The translations under genes were made by a program, and so were the position numbers. Below are positions 1 to 10,146 of a stretch of DNA of 64,000 nt, piece after piece. Under the pieces are notes generated by a model that was not told the origin of the DNA, ran no database searches, and worked only from the letters and a program-made list of their open reading frames with translations. Every line of letters starts with the position of its first letter. The first letter of the stretch is position 1. The stretch lies in IMG/VR virus record IMGVR_UViG_3300032070_000004; one strand, given 5' to 3'. The DNA is from an uncultured virus (IMG/VR IMGVR_UViG_3300032070_000004). Lineage: Duplodnaviria; Heunggongvirae; Uroviricota; Caudoviricetes.

Positions 1-14
1 GGGGGGGGGAAATT

Positions 15-65
15 ACATCATAATGTAACTAAAGTCGGGAATTAATCACATCGTAATGTAACTAA
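15..65. repeat. 18-bp direct repeat ACATC(A/G)TAATGTAACTAA, two copies
   Basis: Copies at 15-32 and 48-65 with one mismatch, just upstream of the tRNA pair. Confidence 0.75.
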
Positions 66-78
66 TGTCCAATCATGC

Positions 79-165
79 GCGGCGGTGTCCGAGCAGCGAA
101 GGAGCGCGCCTTAGAAGCGTGTGCCAAAGGGCTGAACAACGCAGGTGCAATTCCTGCCAGCCGCA
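79..165 (+). tRNA. tRNA-Leu(TAG), type II
   Basis: Acceptor GCGGCGG/CAGCCGC+A with one mismatch, anticodon loop CTTAGAA, long variable arm, T arm GCAGG-TGCAATT-CCTGC. Confidence 0.8.
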
Positions 166-167
166 TC

Positions 168-255
168 GGGTGGTTGCCTGAGCGGTCGAAAGGACGCGAT
201 TCAAAACCGCGTGCTATAGAGCATAACACCGGCAGTTCGAATCTGTCACCACCCA
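168..255 (+). tRNA. tRNA-Leu(CAA), type II
   Basis: Acceptor GGGTGGT/ACCACCC+A, loop TTCAAAA, long variable arm, TTCGAAT T loop. Confidence 0.85.
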
Positions 256-295
256 TAAACATAATTTTATATAGTTATAGACCAAACGATATGGT

Positions 296-781
296 ATGGA
301 TAGGAAAAAACCGACATGTGATGTAGCATGGTTATCTGGAATTATCGATGGTGAGGGATGTTTTTTTATTTCTATTAAGAAGCCGAAATTGACCAAAACC
401 GTTAGTATCGGACTAAAGTTTTCTATTGCAATGTCGCGTGGCAAATGGGAGCAGAAGGTAATTCAGATATTTGACAAGTATGATATAAAGCACAGTACTC
501 GGGTTAAGCGGGGGTTGTTTGAGATAGCTGTTAATAGCAATCCCCAAGTAAAGAAATTATGTGATATAATTAAAGACGATTCTGTTGTAAAGAAAGATAT
601 CGTTGATAGATTTCTAAACTTTCAAAGTGTGGGATACACCCGGAATCAGTATCGAAATCACGACGAATCAACAATCCGAAGAATTGCAGATGATGTAGAC
701 TTTGTGCGATCTTTCAACAGAAAGAGAAACGTTCCGTATGTATGGGATGGCAAAAAGATAATGGAGTCATTTGGGTATTGA
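296..781 (+). CDS. Single-motif LAGLIDADG homing endonuclease
   Basis: WLSGIIDGEGCF motif near the N-terminus; AT-rich; lies directly after the tRNAs. Confidence 0.85.
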   Translation: MDRKKPTCDVAWLSGIIDGEGCFFISIKKPKLTKTVSIGLKFSIAMSRGKWEQKVIQIFDKYDIKHSTRVKRGLFEIAVNSNPQVKKLCDIIKDDSVVKKDIVDRFLNFQSVGYTRNQYRNHDESTIRRIADDVDFVRSFNRKRNVPYVWDGKKIMESFGY

Positions 782-805
782 ATCCTGCCTCTCGCATAAG
801 ACTTT

Positions 806-1774
806 TTAATACCACACAGATGCTTTTGCGAACCCGGGACCGGGGTAGTCACTTATCTTGATACAATATTTACCCCCGCGCGGAAGCAACGCAGCAATCT
901 GGTCGTAAACAGACGATAGGTCAGCAGCAGTTGGTGCGTAGTAGTACACTCCTCCTGATTGGGTGGCAAGATCCCGCAGGGTATCGCGTCCCCAAGTACT
1001 GATGTTCTGGGCGACTGCAATAGAGTATATTTTAACACCATGCGTGGATGCGTACCTCGCCATATTCTGATTTGATGCATCAAGACCCGTGAACGGGTAA
1101 TACCTTAGAGTTGGTGGCTGCCCAGTTGGTGAAACATATCGGCTGTCGTTGGGTTGCCATGGCGTACAGAGGAATCCCCAACAATCCTGCCCCGGAGCCC
1201 CGCGCGCAAGCGGATCTCCATACCAGTTGTAATCCCCGTCTGACAGGACTATGATGGCTTTTGAAGATTTAGTACTTCCTGCCAGCGCATTGATAGCCAC
1301 AAAGATCCCGTATCGCATCGGAGTTCCACCGTCCGGAACCATTCCATCGAGTGCAATTTTTATGGTTGAAAAACTTGTTCCAAGCGTCGCATCGAGTGTG
1401 GTGTAATCATTGTAGCTTTTGGGAGCTGGATAAACATTATTGACTTCGGACCGGCTGATTTGAGAATTCACACCCGGTCTCGATATATATCCCTTCCACC
1501 CGAATGTAACAAGACCAGCTCCATCAGTTAGGGTGGACAGCTTATCAATAAAGCCTTTTGCGGCTTCCCGCGTGTAGTACATCCGGTCCGGGTTGTCATA
1601 AAGCATACTTCCCGAGCGATCCATAACAAGAACGGTGTCAGCCGCGAGTCTGTGCGTTTCCCCGCATGTTAAACCACCGCCTGCGCTTGCCCCACCTATG
1701 ATCATCGGTAGTGAGAGGGCTCCAAGCAGTGCAACGCCCCCGAGGACATTTACCTTGCTCGGACGCCGTGCCAT
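806..1774 (-). CDS. Membrane-anchored or secreted von Willebrand factor A domain protein
   Basis: Basic N-terminus plus hydrophobic helix; MIDAS DRSGS, GGTP, IIVLSDG, VKIYSIA and LATQSGG motifs. Confidence 0.9.
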   Translation of the reverse strand: MARRPSKVNVLGGVALLGALSLPMIIGGASAGGGLTCGETHRLAADTVLVMDRSGSMLYDNPDRMYYTREAAKGFIDKLSTLTDGAGLVTFGWKGYISRPGVNSQISRSEVNNVYPAPKSYNDYTTLDATLGTSFSTIKIALDGMVPDGGTPMRYGIFVAINALAGSTKSSKAIIVLSDGDYNWYGDPLARGAPGQDCWGFLCTPWQPNDSRYVSPTGQPPTLRYYPFTGLDASNQNMARYASTHGVKIYSIAVAQNISTWGRDTLRDLATQSGGVYYYAPTAADLSSVYDQIAALLPRGGKYCIKISDYPGPGFAKASVWY

Positions 1775-1781
1775 GATCTCC

Positions 1782-2057
1782 TCAATACGGTCCCGTTGGC
1801 GGTGGATAAATTCCCGTTACGGATGTCATTCCAGATGGAAGAACTGGGAAGTTTAGCATGTCTGATGCGCGGGTTATTGAGTATGGCTGCCCACTTACAT
1901 CCACTGTGTACGCTCCCCCGCATCCGAGTGCCATGGGAGTGCCCGTAATCGATCCTGCCGTGCGTATTACGGATGATGCGAGATATATAATTGCAGCCCC
2001 AATCGCGACCCCGGCAAGTAGTGATGGAATGCAAATCTTCATCTTCTTTTTCGCCAT
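1782..2057 (-). CDS. Small membrane protein
   Basis: MAKKKMK followed by one hydrophobic segment. Confidence 0.6.
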   Translation of the reverse strand: MAKKKMKICIPSLLAGVAIGAAIIYLASSVIRTAGSITGTPMALGCGGAYTVDVSGQPYSITRASDMLNFPVLPSGMTSVTGIYPPPTGPY

Positions 2058-2126
2058 GGATACGGATTGCACCTCAACACTTATATAGTTTGCTGACGCA
2101 GAGACTCGCGATACGGGACAGGGGCA

Positions 2127-2816
2127 TCACACATCGAACTTACGGGGTCTATCTTGTTTCTTTGATTGCCAGTAATCCAACGTATCCACATTCATTATCG
2201 TAAGCCGTCCCATCCAACCCGCACCCGTGTCCATCATGATCAGATTACCTATGTGAATGGGGGTGTATCTTTCTTTCTGGACTAGCTCGGTGGAAGTATG
2301 TCCTATGAATACCATGTTGAAGTTTGGAATCCCCCCCTCGCGAAGTGCAAGTCCAATCAAGTCGCGGCTCCACATGAGATATTCCTGATCGTGTGGATTC
2401 GAAGCTTGATGTAGGAGAGGCACCCAGGGGTCAAACCCACCGTGGACGAATACATTGTTGTAATCGTCAACATAGTAATATCGCCCGCTTTCAAAGAATA
2501 TGCGATGTGTTTTGGGTATTTCGCGCCATTTGAAGTCGTACGAAGCCATAGTTGCTTTTCCACCCTGATGAACCCATAACGGAAGCTCGACCCCCGCGTT
2601 TATCCACGACATGAACCACTTGTCGTGGTTTCCCCATATGAAAATCTTATTTGGGATGCTTACGAGGATATCGACAGCTTCTTTAGTGTCGCTGCCGCCG
2701 TCTACAACGTCCCCGAGAATGATGAGGAGATCTTCGTTCTTGAACTTGCACTTTTCTAGAACATCCTGTAAAGCCACTGCTCTGCCATGGATGTCACCGA
2801 TAACGAATCTTCGCAT
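2127..2816 (-). CDS. Metallophosphoesterase (PPP-like Ser/Thr protein phosphatase)
   Basis: GDIHG, GDVVDGG, GNHD, VHGG, GHT and DTGA motifs. Confidence 0.92.
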   Translation of the reverse strand: MRRFVIGDIHGRAVALQDVLEKCKFKNEDLLIILGDVVDGGSDTKEAVDILVSIPNKIFIWGNHDKWFMSWINAGVELPLWVHQGGKATMASYDFKWREIPKTHRIFFESGRYYYVDDYNNVFVHGGFDPWVPLLHQASNPHDQEYLMWSRDLIGLALREGGIPNFNMVFIGHTSTELVQKERYTPIHIGNLIMMDTGAGWMGRLTIMNVDTLDYWQSKKQDRPRKFDV

Positions 2817-2822
2817 CTTGTT

Positions 2823-2990
2823 TCACTTGAATATACTCAGTATCGGGACGCCCGGCGATGAAGATATGTTGATTGGGAAGTACCGTGAGGTCAAGCTTGC
2901 TGCGATAACAGCTACCGCGGCGAAGAATCCAACCCACAGTGCGTCAGTTGCTACCCCACCCGCGATATGAGCATAATTGCATCTTGCCAT
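2823..2990 (-). CDS. 55-aa membrane protein (not in ORF track)
   Basis: MARCNYAHIAGGVATDALWVGFFAAVAVIAASL...; TATA-like box upstream on the minus strand. Confidence 0.55.
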   Translation of the reverse strand: MARCNYAHIAGGVATDALWVGFFAAVAVIAASLTSRYFPINISSSPGVPILSIFK

Positions 2991-3026
2991 GCTTAATGGT
3001 GAACGGTTATATTATAAAAGGTTTGC

Positions 3027-3683
3027 TCACAGGTAGATGATGAGGTCGTCTGGAATTCCGAGGCGGACAACATCGCGCGGAGTGAGATGCACAACGTCTT
3101 CTATTGAACCACCGCACTCCAAGCAAGTATCTGGTTCTTGATACTTTCCGTACCGACCCAAAACGTTTTCGTCCCACGTTTCGTTGCATTGTGGGCAGTA
3201 GTAGCTGAATATATAGAAGATATCTGGAGGAACAACTCCGCAGGAACTTCCGAGATAGTGTTTAAAGCTGAGGCGCGCTGGATGGGGACCGCACTTCGCA
3301 AAATGCCGTGGAACAAATTGTTTCACACAATCCACGAATCGCTTATCGCGGTGGGTGTGAAGAAATTCGTCCTTAAGCCATCGCGCATTATCTTCTATGA
3401 ACACCTTTATGTGGCACAGTTCGTGTGCTGGGAGTGCGACGATTACCTCACTATCGAGGTTGTACATGTTTGCTTCGATGAAGAGATTGTTTACGGCAAG
3501 CTCTACTCTCCGCCCGCCGAAGTGTTCAGCCCACATGTCCCACCGTGGGTGAATGGTGATGTACTTCACCTTGACAGCGTACCCCGGGGCAATATCATGG
3601 GCGTATCGCTGGACTCTGGCAGAGAACGTGTTCTTTGCAGCCGCAAGGTCGCGTGCGTACTGTTCCCCTCCGAGTAGTGCCAT
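3027..3683 (-). CDS. SprT-like zinc metalloprotease with C-terminal Zn ribbon
   Basis: HELCH, downstream H-x-H-x3-F, and two CxxC motifs. Confidence 0.65.
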   Translation of the reverse strand: MALLGGEQYARDLAAAKNTFSARVQRYAHDIAPGYAVKVKYITIHPRWDMWAEHFGGRRVELAVNNLFIEANMYNLDSEVIVALPAHELCHIKVFIEDNARWLKDEFLHTHRDKRFVDCVKQFVPRHFAKCGPHPARLSFKHYLGSSCGVVPPDIFYIFSYYCPQCNETWDENVLGRYGKYQEPDTCLECGGSIEDVVHLTPRDVVRLGIPDDLIIYL

Positions 3684-3688
3684 TATAC

Positions 3689-4186
3689 TTATGGTTCTTC
3701 ATCCGGGGATATAAGGATTGCGGCGACTGCGAGATTTCCGGTCGATATGAGGGCTCCGTAGTAAAGTGACTTCGGTGGCACTGAGTCGATTATTGCATCC
3801 TCATCTGAATTGTAGAGCCAATCATGGAGCCTCCATATTCCATCTGCGAATAGAGCATATCCCGCATACAGGTGAAATGACGCGGGATCATCTGCCACAG
3901 CATTGACAAAATCGGAAAGTTCGCTTTCAGGAGCATCGTCACTGACGCTGGTTGCGATCGCCCCGTCAAAGAAGTCCCCGCTATCAAGCATACCAGATAT
4001 GGTATTGACATCCATGGGAGGAACCGCGAGTGGAGGAATATCTACGAAATGCCCACCGTGGGAAATGAGGCGTGCAGCGAACAACACAGTACTCCACTTG
4101 CGGTAGTTCGAGTCGAATGCCACTGCGCTCTGGAAGCAGAGCTGCTCGGGTTTTATATTTGACATGAGGTGCGTCGCGTAGGTCAT
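3689..4186 (-). CDS. Hypothetical protein, possibly a papain/transglutaminase-like fold
   Basis: CF...GYAL..DG.WR.H.W...IID...YYG pattern. Confidence 0.45.
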   Translation of the reverse strand: MTYATHLMSNIKPEQLCFQSAVAFDSNYRKWSTVLFAARLISHGGHFVDIPPLAVPPMDVNTISGMLDSGDFFDGAIATSVSDDAPESELSDFVNAVADDPASFHLYAGYALFADGIWRLHDWLYNSDEDAIIDSVPPKSLYYGALISTGNLAVAAILISPDEEP

Positions 4187-4272
4187 CCAAACTGCGTATT
4201 GGTGCGAGAGGTATTAAAGATATTTAATTCCATGCGGATACCTTAATATACGATGAGGGGGCAACATTCATC

Positions 4273-4524
4273 ATGGTTAAAAAGAAGCTCAAGCGGGCAT
4301 TCCGTCCGGAGTATGATCCACGACGGGAGTTTGTTCCACTGGTGGGGGACTTCGTGCCGGGAAAAGGTTCTGGGAGAGGATTGCCTCGTGCGTCGGTTCG
4401 GCAGGAATACAACTACCCGGTCGAGCGCGGTGGTCTTGAAGAGGGAATCGTCTCACCAGAGGTTATAGGTGCTCTGACTGTCGTGGCGGCTATCGCTGTA
4501 TTCTTCCTCTATCGGAGAAAGTAA
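4273..4524 (+). CDS. Small protein with C-terminal membrane anchor
   Basis: Basic N-terminus, C-terminal TM segment followed by RRK. Confidence 0.6.
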   Translation: MVKKKLKRAFRPEYDPRREFVPLVGDFVPGKGSGRGLPRASVRQEYNYPVERGGLEEGIVSPEVIGALTVVAAIAVFFLYRRK

Positions 4525-4655
4525 TGGTGCGAAGAAAGATGTACCGCCATCCTCGCAGCAAACACGAGACGCGGTGGGCTCTGCTCGGGTTGGGCAGTGC
4601 CGTTCTTCTTATAGTGGGACTGGATTACATCACCAAGAGAAAGAATACAGTGTAA
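4524..4655 (+). CDS. 43-aa membrane peptide (not in ORF track)
   Basis: MVRRKMYRHPRSKHETRWALLGLGSAVLLIVGL...; start overlaps the previous stop. Confidence 0.5.
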   Translation: MVRRKMYRHPRSKHETRWALLGLGSAVLLIVGLDYITKRKNTV

Positions 4656-4699
4656 ATACAAACAATCGCAATCTTTTTAAATAAACAATACACTCAAGT

Positions 4700-5461
4700 T
4701 CAAACTCTCGGGCGCTGATAACGACACTGTGATCTATCCGCGGGTGGTAACTTGTACTGCATTGATGGGATTACATACGGTCGCACGAGGTCTTCAAGTT
4801 TTCGAATTGTCTGATCAGACCATATTCGCATTACTGTACAAGTGCGTCCATTCGGAGGGATATATGCCCCTACATGATCCAACCCAAACTGGTTGTTCAT
4901 CCACGATTTTAAGAGTTCCAGCTCGGCAAAGGTTCTATTGCCAGTGTGAAATGACACCACATAACTTTTTTTATTCGGAACGCGATAACAAGATCCATCG
5001 TCCATGTACCACACCGCAAGGGCAATCGGATCTGTAATTTCGTCCAGCCACAGTTGCGTTATCTCGCGAGTGCCCATTAGATCGTGTATTTCGGTTATAC
5101 ACGGAATCTGCCGTGTCTTGAACGATATAGATTCATATTCTTTCCCAGTTCGAGGATGTGGTTTTGATTTCATGTATTTTGGCGGGGATACTACCAAATT
5201 CTTGAGAATATTATACTTCCACTCGACATATTCTCTCTGCTTGATGGAGTGTTTCATCAAAACATACGCATTCCGTGAAGTTTCTGGCTTATAAACACAC
5301 GCATCCCCGAGCGCGCTTCCGAGTATTATCTGTCGCTGATCGCGAGTGAGGATCGCTGGTGCTTCTTTCAGTTTTGGAAGCTTATCGCACGTGTGCGGGT
5401 CGCATTTCGCGAAGTCCATACACTTAGAACAGAGGCGCGAGAGGCGCGACGATCTTCGCAT
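4700..5461 (-). CDS. Double-motif LAGLIDADG (LAGLIDADG_2-type) homing endonuclease
   Basis: IILGSALGDA and ALAVWYMDDG motifs; C-terminal PSMQYKL. Confidence 0.9.
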   Translation of the reverse strand: MRRSSRLSRLCSKCMDFAKCDPHTCDKLPKLKEAPAILTRDQRQIILGSALGDACVYKPETSRNAYVLMKHSIKQREYVEWKYNILKNLVVSPPKYMKSKPHPRTGKEYESISFKTRQIPCITEIHDLMGTREITQLWLDEITDPIALAVWYMDDGSCYRVPNKKSYVVSFHTGNRTFAELELLKSWMNNQFGLDHVGAYIPPNGRTCTVMRIWSDQTIRKLEDLVRPYVIPSMQYKLPPADRSQCRYQRPRV

Positions 5462-5582
5462 TCAATATAAATATGACGCTTATATACAAAAGGGTTTCTA
5501 TTTGATCAATATATACAACAAAAGTGGTGCGAGATCGAAAAGTTTATTATCTATTAAAGCGTATCAATGGCGGAGGAAGATA

Positions 5583-6152
5583 ATGCCACGTAGAACCAAG
5601 GATGAGTCTGATGAGATCACCATCAAAATCTTCAAGATGAAGGTCGCGGGGAAGAAGAATAATGAGATTGCCCAAGAGCTTAACCTTCATCCAAGCACCG
5701 TGTCAACAAAATTGAGCAAGATGCGGAAACAGTTGAAAGACCTCGATGAGCGAGTTCAGCGCGGGGACATTGTATTGAGATCCACTGGGAGAGAGCAATC
5801 AACAGCGCTTGCAATTCCCACACAAAATCCCTTTAACCAGCTCCAGAGTTTCAGTGAGATGGCTGGAATTGTAAATGCCGGGGGAGCTGTTATTGGATCT
5901 GGAGCAGCAGCAGCGGTGAAAGCATTCAAAGATGAGTCGCTTCCATACGGGGAGAGAATGGAACTTGCCATGAAGGGTGGGGCGGTCCTGCTCGGGAGTG
6001 CCTTGTCTATCTATGCAACGATCCAAAACCTGACGAGAGAGGCAGAGAAACCACCGATGAAGAACGTAACATTATTACCTGCGACAACAACCATAACTTC
6101 CGAACCACCGGAGACGACCCCGACCGAGACTCGCGAGGCGGGGGTGAGGTAA
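5583..6152 (+). CDS. HTH DNA-binding protein with hydrophobic C-terminal segments
   Basis: GKKNNEIAQELNLHPSTVSTKL; ATG at 5583 preferred over the ORF-track start. Confidence 0.7.
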   Translation: MPRRTKDESDEITIKIFKMKVAGKKNNEIAQELNLHPSTVSTKLSKMRKQLKDLDERVQRGDIVLRSTGREQSTALAIPTQNPFNQLQSFSEMAGIVNAGGAVIGSGAAAAVKAFKDESLPYGERMELAMKGGAVLLGSALSIYATIQNLTREAEKPPMKNVTLLPATTTITSEPPETTPTETREAGVR

Positions 6153-6155
6153 AGC

Positions 6156-8339
6156 ATGAACCACGGAGAAAAGCTGGACGGGGAACTTGCGGGACCATCT
6201 AAGCCCCGCGTAGAGGTACTGTGTGTCAACGACCACCCATTCGCAATTACGAAGGATGACCTCAGGACAACCGAAACGGGAAAAAGTGCAATTGCATTCT
6301 GCCCCGCGTGCGGTGGAGTAGCACGTGTGACTAAGGCGAACGTAGGGAAGCTGTATGGGTTCAAGAGAAACGATACCAAAGCGTTTCTTGCAACTCTTAA
6401 GGCAATCCGGTCGGCTCAGCTCAATGTTTCTCCCGGGGGAATTAACCAACCATCATCGGTATCGACCACAGCACCCGATCTAAGTCGCGGGGAGAACCCC
6501 GTTGTCATAGTAAAGGAGGGCGTGAATAAGGAGTACATAGCCAACGAAGAGATTGTTGATGGACCGGGTGGGCGTGTAACTCGATACCGCGTGCGTGGCG
6601 AGGATTTGGACGATGGCGATGACGAGGGCGATGAGGACGAGGATAACGACGAATACGAGGATGACGACGATGACGAATACGAACCCTCGCGGGGACGACG
6701 AAGACCACGGAGACTCCAAAGACGACAGCGACGTACGATCGAGCGACCAAAGCCGATTCCGGAAGAGGATCTTGAGGAACTTGATGTGGAATCGGAACGA
6801 GAGCGCGAGAGGCGGGAGCAGCGGGAGCGCGTCAGAAAAGGAAAGGAACTGATAGACAAGAGATCAAGACGTATGCCAATAATACAAGAGGACGTTGAGT
6901 TCGATTCAAACCGGACTCTCAAGGAAATCGTCGCAGAGTCGGGTCTCGACGATTACACACTTGAACGCATCTTTGACTACATCGATATGCAGCCGGATGG
7001 GTGGCAACCCGCGGCAATTCAGGGCGTACTACAGATGTACATGCCTCAGGTAGCTGCGCAGCGGCTTGCATCCCGGTATCAAGCAGAGATATCCAAAGAG
7101 ACCAAGCGGAGAGATCGCGAGCAGCAGGCGTTGTCGCTGATTGGAAATCCAGCCGGGAACATACGGTTATCCGGTGGTGCTGCGATGAATCAGCCGCCAA
7201 TGGGATATCCCTCGTTGAACGAACGTTCACCCATGGGAGCTCCGCTGTTTGCGCAGGGGAACAGCAGTCAGATTGATCAGTCTGGGTTCCCCCAAGATCC
7301 GCGTGCGTATATCCAGCGTGGGGATAACCCATATGTTGGATTGAATTTGTCATCCCAAAGAGCCCGAGGTGCTGCCTCTATGGGCGAAGTGCGCGAATAT
7401 GTGGACTCTATTCTGGCGCGCGAGAGAGAATCAATGGCGCGCGAGCGGGAAATGATAGCTGCGCAGCGACGCGAAGAGGAGTTCCGAAGAGAGATAGCCG
7501 AACTCAGGCAGAAGGTTGACCATCCTCCCGCGCCACCCGCGGGCGGAATGGATGAACTTCAAAAACTCTACGTTCAGTCATTGCAGAAGCAGGTTGACCG
7601 GCTCATGGAGCACGCCCTTGTAGGAGGAAAGACCGATCTCACCGGGCTTATTGCCGAGATCCGCGACTTAAAAAAAAGTACTGACCAGCCAATCCCCGGG
7701 ATTAGCGGGGTTCCTAGCACTGCCGCGTTGAAGGATCTGGTCGAGCTTCAGAAGCTGTCAAACGACATCAACGTGGCGAAGTTGGATTTCCAAGAGAGCA
7801 TGGAGAGCAAGAAGTTCACGAAGGATCTCGTAGAGGGAGCGCTTCAGCAAATTGGGCAGACGATTGCCACAGTTTACACCGCACGGAGTGGCGGGGCAGG
7901 AGGCATCTCGTCCGGATCTCCGATGTCTCCAACGAGCACGGTTGTTCCAATGCCGCCTCCATCTACTCCGCCCGCCCCCCCTGCGTCATTACCCACCCCA
8001 GCAAGCGTAGAAGAGGTTGCTCCAAAGACGTATAATGTGAAGGCGCAGGCAAAGGAGGGGAAGATGCAAATTCCATGCCCCCTATGTGGTGGTGTGATGT
8101 CAGCATCCCCGGGCGATGCACAGGTGACATGCCCGAACAACCCGGCGCACAAGTTTGGGCTTGAGCCGCCCAAGGATGTAGTCGAAGCGCTCACAAAACC
8201 CGTGGAGAAATTAACCGAATCCGCGCCTGAGAAGCCAACAGACGCTCTTGTGGAATCTATAATTGGTGAAAGAAAGCCCGGCAAGCTGGTGGTTCCTCCG
8301 AGCGAAGACCTCTTGAAGACGTACGGCGGAGTGATGTAA
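6156..8339 (+). CDS. 727-aa hypothetical protein with Zn ribbons at both ends, acidic/basic tract, coiled coils and Pro-rich linker
   Basis: CVNDH...CPACG near the N-terminus, CPLCG...CPNN near the C-terminus. Confidence 0.8.
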   Translation: MNHGEKLDGELAGPSKPRVEVLCVNDHPFAITKDDLRTTETGKSAIAFCPACGGVARVTKANVGKLYGFKRNDTKAFLATLKAIRSAQLNVSPGGINQPSSVSTTAPDLSRGENPVVIVKEGVNKEYIANEEIVDGPGGRVTRYRVRGEDLDDGDDEGDEDEDNDEYEDDDDDEYEPSRGRRRPRRLQRRQRRTIERPKPIPEEDLEELDVESERERERREQRERVRKGKELIDKRSRRMPIIQEDVEFDSNRTLKEIVAESGLDDYTLERIFDYIDMQPDGWQPAAIQGVLQMYMPQVAAQRLASRYQAEISKETKRRDREQQALSLIGNPAGNIRLSGGAAMNQPPMGYPSLNERSPMGAPLFAQGNSSQIDQSGFPQDPRAYIQRGDNPYVGLNLSSQRARGAASMGEVREYVDSILARERESMAREREMIAAQRREEEFRREIAELRQKVDHPPAPPAGGMDELQKLYVQSLQKQVDRLMEHALVGGKTDLTGLIAEIRDLKKSTDQPIPGISGVPSTAALKDLVELQKLSNDINVAKLDFQESMESKKFTKDLVEGALQQIGQTIATVYTARSGGAGGISSGSPMSPTSTVVPMPPPSTPPAPPASLPTPASVEEVAPKTYNVKAQAKEGKMQIPCPLCGGVMSASPGDAQVTCPNNPAHKFGLEPPKDVVEALTKPVEKLTESAPEKPTDALVESIIGERKPGKLVVPPSEDLLKTYGGVM

Positions 8340-8342
8340 CTA

Positions 8343-8702
8343 ATGATGATATGGCAGAATATAGCCACGGGGATACTGCGGGGAGTCCTGAACAATGCGA
8401 TGATGGGAACAACCGAAACTCAGCTTAGGGATGCGATACGAGATGGAACTTCTCTGTGGGGAACTGCCGAGGGTGATATCCGGCGATACTCGTCGGAGAT
8501 ACCACCCTATGTTCTCGAAAAGGGAAACGAGGTTGTCAAGAAGATCGAAACCGACTACGGGGGGTTCACAAATCTCGTCATGAGATGGTTAGAACGGGAT
8601 CAGATAACATACTATGAGATCATCAACACCACATTCGGAGGGTACGAGTGGCTTGACAAGCAGGTGTATGACATTCTGCGCGGCATCGGAATGCTTAAGT
8701 GA
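8343..8702 (+). CDS. Hypothetical protein
   Basis: Tightly packed within the operon. Confidence 0.65.
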   Translation: MMIWQNIATGILRGVLNNAMMGTTETQLRDAIRDGTSLWGTAEGDIRRYSSEIPPYVLEKGNEVVKKIETDYGGFTNLVMRWLERDQITYYEIINTTFGGYEWLDKQVYDILRGIGMLK

Positions 8703-8709
8703 GATAACC

Positions 8710-9192
8710 ATGACGATAGATGCGGGAGATTTAAAATATATAGCAGGGTTCTTCGATGGGGAAGGAACGATCGGGGTATATAGAGACGAGGGATATCACC
8801 GAGTTCGTATTCAAATTGCAAACACAAATAAAGAAATATTGGAATGGATAAAATCCACGGTTGATATCGGAGGAAATATAGTAGAGCATCGTCAAAAACC
8901 GAGATCCTGCTTTATATTCCAGTCTTCTTGTCTTTCTGCACGAAAATTTCTCGAATTAGTATCTCCGCATTTGAAGATCAAGAAGGATCAGGCGGAACTC
9001 GCACTCGAATTTGTTGCCACTCCAATGGGGCAACATCTGACCGAAGAAGTAATATCGTATCGAGACCATCTGGAGGATCGGATCAAGCAAATGAACAGTC
9101 CGAAGGGAAACAGACACCCGCACGGGAATGGAAATCTATATAAATCTACGAGACGATGTAGTTGTGATGATCCGTGGTTGATCCGTTGGTAG
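8710..9192 (+). CDS. Single-motif LAGLIDADG homing endonuclease
   Basis: YIAGFFDGEGTI, IANTN and PHLKIKKDQA motifs. Confidence 0.88.
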   Translation: MTIDAGDLKYIAGFFDGEGTIGVYRDEGYHRVRIQIANTNKEILEWIKSTVDIGGNIVEHRQKPRSCFIFQSSCLSARKFLELVSPHLKIKKDQAELALEFVATPMGQHLTEEVISYRDHLEDRIKQMNSPKGNRHPHGNGNLYKSTRRCSCDDPWLIRW

Positions 9193-9911
9193 CGATTCAA
9201 AATTCCGCAGTGAATGCTGGAACCAATGCACTCGGCGGAATAATTAACATGGCTGTTACCAAAACGGTAGATTTCCTGTTCGGTGACAGCCCTGAGGATC
9301 GAAAGAAGCGAGTGGAAGAGTATTACTCCCGTGTGAAGGACATAGTTGATCAGCACGATCTACCCATAAGAACCCGCGGGGAAATTCCCTATGCAACACC
9401 CCAGCAGCGTGTCATGCAGGAGCTCGACGAGGTTGACGATTCTATTGTGGATGCTCTTCGGAAGATGGAAAACGCCCGGAATAAATCCCGATGCGGAGTG
9501 TGCAGATCAGATATTGCTGAAACGATAAAGATTATGAAGGAGAGAGTTGCTCCTATCTTTGATGCACAAGACAAGATCCGGGCGATCCAACAGTTGAAGA
9601 CAGAGGGATCGCTTCCTCCTGATGCTCTGTGGGAAACACTCAGCCCAGATGAAAGAAAGCGCGTAGAAAAGATTGCGGTTTCTATCGCAAAACCAAGAGA
9701 TACGAGTCAACCACCGTCTTCGCAAACCCCATTCATAGAAGTACAGAGGTTAAATGCCCCAACGCCATTTATCGGAGGTATAATAGATGGAGATGAAGAA
9801 CCAGAACCCAAGCGACGAATCCACGCAAAGCGGGGAAAACCAAAGTCACCCCGAAAGCCCCGGGCACCACCACGGAAGTCAACCCGGAAGCCCCACAATC
9901 CCCGCAAGTAA
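9174..9911 (+). CDS. Hypothetical protein with CxxC and basic C-terminal tail
   Basis: GTG start; CGVC; K/R/P-rich tail. Confidence 0.65.
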   Translation: MVDPLVAIQNSAVNAGTNALGGIINMAVTKTVDFLFGDSPEDRKKRVEEYYSRVKDIVDQHDLPIRTRGEIPYATPQQRVMQELDEVDDSIVDALRKMENARNKSRCGVCRSDIAETIKIMKERVAPIFDAQDKIRAIQQLKTEGSLPPDALWETLSPDERKRVEKIAVSIAKPRDTSQPPSSQTPFIEVQRLNAPTPFIGGIIDGDEEPEPKRRIHAKRGKPKSPRKPRAPPRKSTRKPHNPRK

Positions 9912-10146
9912 CATCATTCGATTCCGGGAGTCCGACATTAAACAGCGGTGGTTAGTGACCACTCAGTTCTGTCCCACCTGCGCGCAGGCTAAGCGGGACC
10001 ACAAGGACTGGGTACAGAGCGGGAAACTAAAGATAACCGATGTAGGGGATGATAAGGGATTTGACATCATCACCAAGCTTAGCCTGTACGAGACACCCGT
10101 ATTTATTATCGAGCTCAATGACGGTCGATATATCATTGATGAATAA
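9787..10146 (+). CDS. Glutaredoxin/thioredoxin-like protein
   Basis: TTQFCPTC plus a downstream TP motif (ETPVFI). Confidence 0.55.
   Translation: MEMKNQNPSDESTQSGENQSHPESPGHHHGSQPGSPTIPASNIIRFRESDIKQRWLVTTQFCPTCAQAKRDHKDWVQSGKLKITDVGDDKGFDIITKLSLYETPVFIIELNDGRYIIDE

Noticed and set aside
1..9. G-run as a genome terminus
   Set aside because: It sits at the window edge with no context and may be an artefact.
168..255. Possible TCA (Sec/opal suppressor) anticodon
   Set aside because: Stem register centres the loop on TTCAAAA (CAA); discriminator A and the long variable arm fit Leu.
8702..9192. LAGLIDADG gene inside an intron or intein
   Set aside because: The flanking genes have their own stop and start, and no BHB, group I core or intein termini were found.
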